Below, piece by piece: positions 5,841 through 8,460 of a DNA stretch of 8,460 nucleotides; the stretch's first letter is position 1, and each line of letters begins with the position of its first letter. Source of the DNA: Candidatus Iainarchaeum sp. (GTDB taxonomy: Archaea; Iainarchaeota; Iainarchaeia; Iainarchaeales; CSSED10-239). The notes below the pieces were generated by a model. The model was given only the letters and a program-made list of their open reading frames with translations. It searched no databases and had not been told where the DNA came from. The position numbers were made by a program, and so were the translations under genes. The stretch spans positions 1 to 8,460 of the forward strand of contig PWLL01000113.1 of assembly GCA_003559395.1 (NCBI GenBank), in the 5' to 3' direction.

Positions 5841-8033
5841 ATGAAACAGAAAACACCCAGTGCGGTTCTGCTCTTTTGCATGTTCTTCGCGATTGGAGCG
5901 CAAGCGTGGGACAAAGTCATCGATTTCGATGAATTTGAGATCGGTCAGTACCGAAGCCCTGACGATCCTATTGCCGAACTGTGGAAGGTAACGCGTGACG
6001 AAGGATATGAAGCCGGGCTTACCATCGGATTCGCCACCCATCACATCATCGACAACGGAATCGGCGGCCGGATGTACTCACTGACGACCGCTGGCTTCGG
6101 CTTCAATTGGGGTCATGTCTTCGCCGCGATGGACTTTGACGAGCCGCTGACCGACAAGGGCACCTGGTACTTCCAGGTTGTCTGGGAAGGGCACAGCCAG
6201 GATGTCAATATTTCCTCGCGCGAAGTTCCCGTGGAACGGGTTGAACCTCCGTTGGAGACGAATCCGTGGGGATGGGACGGCCCCCGGGCATGGGGCGCGA
6301 AGATCTCCACGGTGCGGATGGGGCGTGACACCGAGCCGATCGTGATCCGGGACGCCAGTGCCTTTCGCAATGCTCAGATCGACTGGATTCCGGGTTTCTG
6401 GTATGAGGTCTGGGTGCTGGAGAGCGTCTCGGATAAGACCTACAGTGTTTATGTTCGCTCGGAAGAGGCTGGCATACCGGAGCCGACTGCAATCGTGGTC
6501 CTGTCTGGAGAGACGTTGTCCGACTATTACCACTACCGTAGTTCGGCGGAGGAGCTGACCGGGCTCCTCATCGGCATGCAGATCGGACATGCGAACGATC
6601 CGATGCTGGGGCACCGGGCGTATTTCAACGCGTTTGCTTTCGACCACAACGCTCACAACCTCACTCGCCCTCCTGGTGTCCCCCACCCTGGCCAAGTCGA
6701 GTTTCCCGTGGATCCCGTGGCGCCCGAGGATCCTGTGATTCCTCTGATTCTCTACGGATTTCGCAGAGTCGAAGGCATTCCAGGCGAATGGATGCGTCTG
6801 AACACATTCGGGATGTTCGGACCGGATGTCTGGTTCGAGCACGCGCCGTATCTCTATGACTTTGACCTGGATGTCTGGCTCTGGGTGCCGGATCTTTGGA
6901 TTCCCGCCGTGGTTGATCCGGGCACAGGGGAAGAGACCGAACCCGGCCGGCCGCACGATCCCGAAACCTCCAACTTCTCGGCGCGGACGCCGGGATGGGT
7001 TTACATCTGGGACAGCCCGTTTGAGGTGAACAAATGGACGGGCGTTGCCGAATGGGGAACATGGGTCTGGGCCCATGAGGGAGGATGGACATGGATCGAG
7101 AACTCCAGGAACGAGATCACGCACGGGATGGAACTGACGCTGGAGATGACGGGGCTGCTCGATCCGTCCGTACTGGTACCGTCGGGAGCCGTGGCGAGCG
7201 CCTATCACGGGCAGATCATCGAGAACCTGGATATCCAATACTACGATTCCTTGTCCACCCCGGCGCTGCACATCACGCACAACAACGTAACGGTCCGCAA
7301 CTGCCGAATCCTTCATGACGGTCCGGCAACCGGGATCGAGATTGCGTCATCCGCTTCCGGGACGTTCATTGAATATTGTCAGATCAACGGAGGGTTCCCG
7401 ATGTACGGCACCGGCCGAACGGATGGAAACAGGGGCAACGTTGGCGCGATGGTAAGAGGGGCGCCCACCACAATCCGACGTTGTCACTTCCTTGGGATGA
7501 GAGGGTTGCAGTTCCGATCCGATGGAGGAGTAATCTTCATCGAGAACTGGCTCGACACGCCGCATATCAACGCGCCTGGTGTGTCCACAGCCATCCTCTC
7601 ATACCGAGGAAGCATGATGGCAGACCCGCCTTGGACAGTAATCGCCCGCAACCGTGGGGTGTCGGGAACGTCCGGTGGCCTGATGATTTATCCTGTGCTG
7701 GGCCCGGCTCGCAATGTCAGGATTGAAGACAACCTGATTGAGGGGGTGGGCCGCGGATTTGGGATTCTCGGCGGCCGGGACGCGGTGGAAGGCAACAGAA
7801 ACTGGTGCTATAACCGGAACATCCGGATCGAAGGGAACCGTTTCACCGGCACGTTCGGGTGGCCGATTGCGCTAGGTAAAAGCACCAACGCCGCCATCGA
7901 TCTTGAAGTGCCCGGGAACACTTGGATCAACAACCGGTGGGTCGGATCCAATGAGGACTTGCCTGCGCGGTGCGGGAAGTTCCGGGACGACTGCGATGAT
8001 CTTGACTGTCTACCGAACGATCCAACACGATAG
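5841..8033 (+). CDS. Secreted protein (730 aa): signal peptide, beta-sandwich-like N-domain, Trp-rich module, C-terminal right-handed parallel beta-helix (pectate-lyase-fold-like)
   Basis: ATG 5841 is preceded by AAAGGA (5827-5832, 8-nt spacer). The signal peptide is MKQKTPSAVLLFCMFFAIGAQA-WD. The N-terminal ~250 aa contain YEVWVLESVSDKTYSVYV-type strands (LamG/ConA-like, a guess). The Trp-rich module is at 6786-7097. PbH1-like repeats NVTVRNCRIL, IEIASSASGTFIEYCQING, TTIRRCHFLG, VIFIENWL, NVRIEDNLIEG and NIRIEGNRFTG span about 7203-7940. The tail CGKFRDDCDDLDC is Cys-rich. Confidence 0.85.
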   Translation: MKQKTPSAVLLFCMFFAIGAQAWDKVIDFDEFEIGQYRSPDDPIAELWKVTRDEGYEAGLTIGFATHHIIDNGIGGRMYSLTTAGFGFNWGHVFAAMDFDEPLTDKGTWYFQVVWEGHSQDVNISSREVPVERVEPPLETNPWGWDGPRAWGAKISTVRMGRDTEPIVIRDASAFRNAQIDWIPGFWYEVWVLESVSDKTYSVYVRSEEAGIPEPTAIVVLSGETLSDYYHYRSSAEELTGLLIGMQIGHANDPMLGHRAYFNAFAFDHNAHNLTRPPGVPHPGQVEFPVDPVAPEDPVIPLILYGFRRVEGIPGEWMRLNTFGMFGPDVWFEHAPYLYDFDLDVWLWVPDLWIPAVVDPGTGEETEPGRPHDPETSNFSARTPGWVYIWDSPFEVNKWTGVAEWGTWVWAHEGGWTWIENSRNEITHGMELTLEMTGLLDPSVLVPSGAVASAYHGQIIENLDIQYYDSLSTPALHITHNNVTVRNCRILHDGPATGIEIASSASGTFIEYCQINGGFPMYGTGRTDGNRGNVGAMVRGAPTTIRRCHFLGMRGLQFRSDGGVIFIENWLDTPHINAPGVSTAILSYRGSMMADPPWTVIARNRGVSGTSGGLMIYPVLGPARNVRIEDNLIEGVGRGFGILGGRDAVEGNRNWCYNRNIRIEGNRFTGTFGWPIALGKSTNAAIDLEVPGNTWINNRWVGSNEDLPARCGKFRDDCDDLDCLPNDPTR

Positions 8034-8134
8034 GGCGAGTGCACGCGAAATCCGGGCGATTCGAATCTCACCGCATCACGCGCCTCCATAGCCTCTTTGA
8101 TCGACTACTCCACAACCCCAACACAGGATACGGT

Positions 8135-8460
8135 ATGGCCATTTTTCGAGCACAAAAAGAAAGTCGGTACGCGGACAAAGCCCGAACCGCATGGAGAGAC
8201 TTCTCGAAACGCATCCACCGCTTCCTCGGGCGTTACGTGTGTGTTTTTCTGCTAGCATGCATCTCGGGGACCATCGCCACGGCATCCGATGCGAAGGAAA
8301 TGGAACCGGCTATGGCCGAGATCGAGACACTTCGGCAACGCGTCTTGTCCCTCTTGCTGGGAGGAGAGAGAGATGGGGAAAGTGGGAGCGAAACCATGCG
8401 GCGCCTCGATGAAGCGCGGGATCAGGTCATGGCATCGGATCTCCCGGCAATTGACTGGAC
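8135..8460 (+). CDS. 5' part of a gene for a secreted or membrane-anchored protein of unknown function (runs off the window end)
   Basis: ATG 8135 is preceded by AGGA (8125-8128, 6-nt spacer). The frame stays open for 108 codons to the last base of the window. MAIFRAQKESRYADKARTAWRDFSKRIHRFLGRYVCVFLLACISGTIATA-SD has a basic n-region, a hydrophobic core and an AxA-like site. It is absent from the supplied track, presumably because it has no stop in the window. It competes with, and looks better than, track ORF 8191..8412. Confidence 0.55.
   Translation, partial: MAIFRAQKESRYADKARTAWRDFSKRIHRFLGRYVCVFLLACISGTIATASDAKEMEPAMAEIETLRQRVLSLLLGGERDGESGSETMRRLDEARDQVMASDLPAIDW

Noticed and set aside
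5713-5844. 43-codon upstream ORF (MTLIQLSPPDEMTLDSQPEGDVASDSTGNNKHHPTPNGKGMNP) whose TGA overlaps the ATG of the 5841 gene as ATGA
   Set aside because: The ATGA overlap is suggestive of translational coupling. However, it has no RBS, the peptide is hydrophilic and low in complexity, and it lies in an AT-richer leader. It is more likely a chance ORF. Ribosome profiling could revisit this.
8191-8412. 73-aa + strand ORF from the track (MERLLETHPPLPRALRV...)
   Set aside because: Arg/Gly-rich with no RBS. It is fully overlapped by the better-supported frame starting at 8135, which has an RBS and a signal peptide.
1-8460. Search for CRISPR arrays, rRNA or tRNA genes, toxin-antitoxin pairs, restriction-modification or other defence modules, and reverse transcriptase or DGR-type repeats
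   Set aside because: I found no regularly spaced short repeats, no structured-RNA signatures, no small paired ORFs, and no nuclease, ATPase, methyltransferase or RT motifs in any supported ORF. The repeats present are all explained as IS or transposon-type structures.

Overview
GC-rich bacterial window in which every supported gene is on the + strand. It reads as an accessory locus scarred by mobile elements, not as a recognisable multi-gene system. (1) 108-2121 is an apparently intact ~2.0-kb IS1634-family insertion sequence with 21/23 terminal inverted repeats and a 592-aa DDE transposase. (2) A ~123-bp repeat (X, 2120-2242) abuts the IS, and its reverse complement recurs at 5432-5552. These long imperfect inverted repeats bracket a ~3.4-kb segment. 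The segment holds a degenerate IS4-type transposase fragment (~2245-2637) and a complete ~816-aa secreted-protein gene (2731-5181). That protein has an FN3-like beta-sandwich and a large C-terminal region I cannot assign. (3) An AT-richer ~290-bp leader precedes a 730-aa secreted protein (5841-8033) with a C-terminal right-handed beta-helix. (4) An ORF missing from the supplied track starts at 8135 and runs off the window end. The two large genes share a ~54-bp upstream element containing TGTTACAAT, and both proteins contain Trp/aromatic-rich modules. I recognised no rRNA, tRNA, CRISPR array, or known defence or toxin module, and I cannot honestly name a novel system here. The points most worth follow-up are the nested mobile-element architecture and the two uncharacterised secreted proteins, which may be glycan-active (inference only). 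Lineage guess, weak: PVC-type bacterium (Verrucomicrobiota, Planctomycetota or Kiritimatiellota), based on GC content and protein style. All homology statements are motif recognition by eye; no searches were run.
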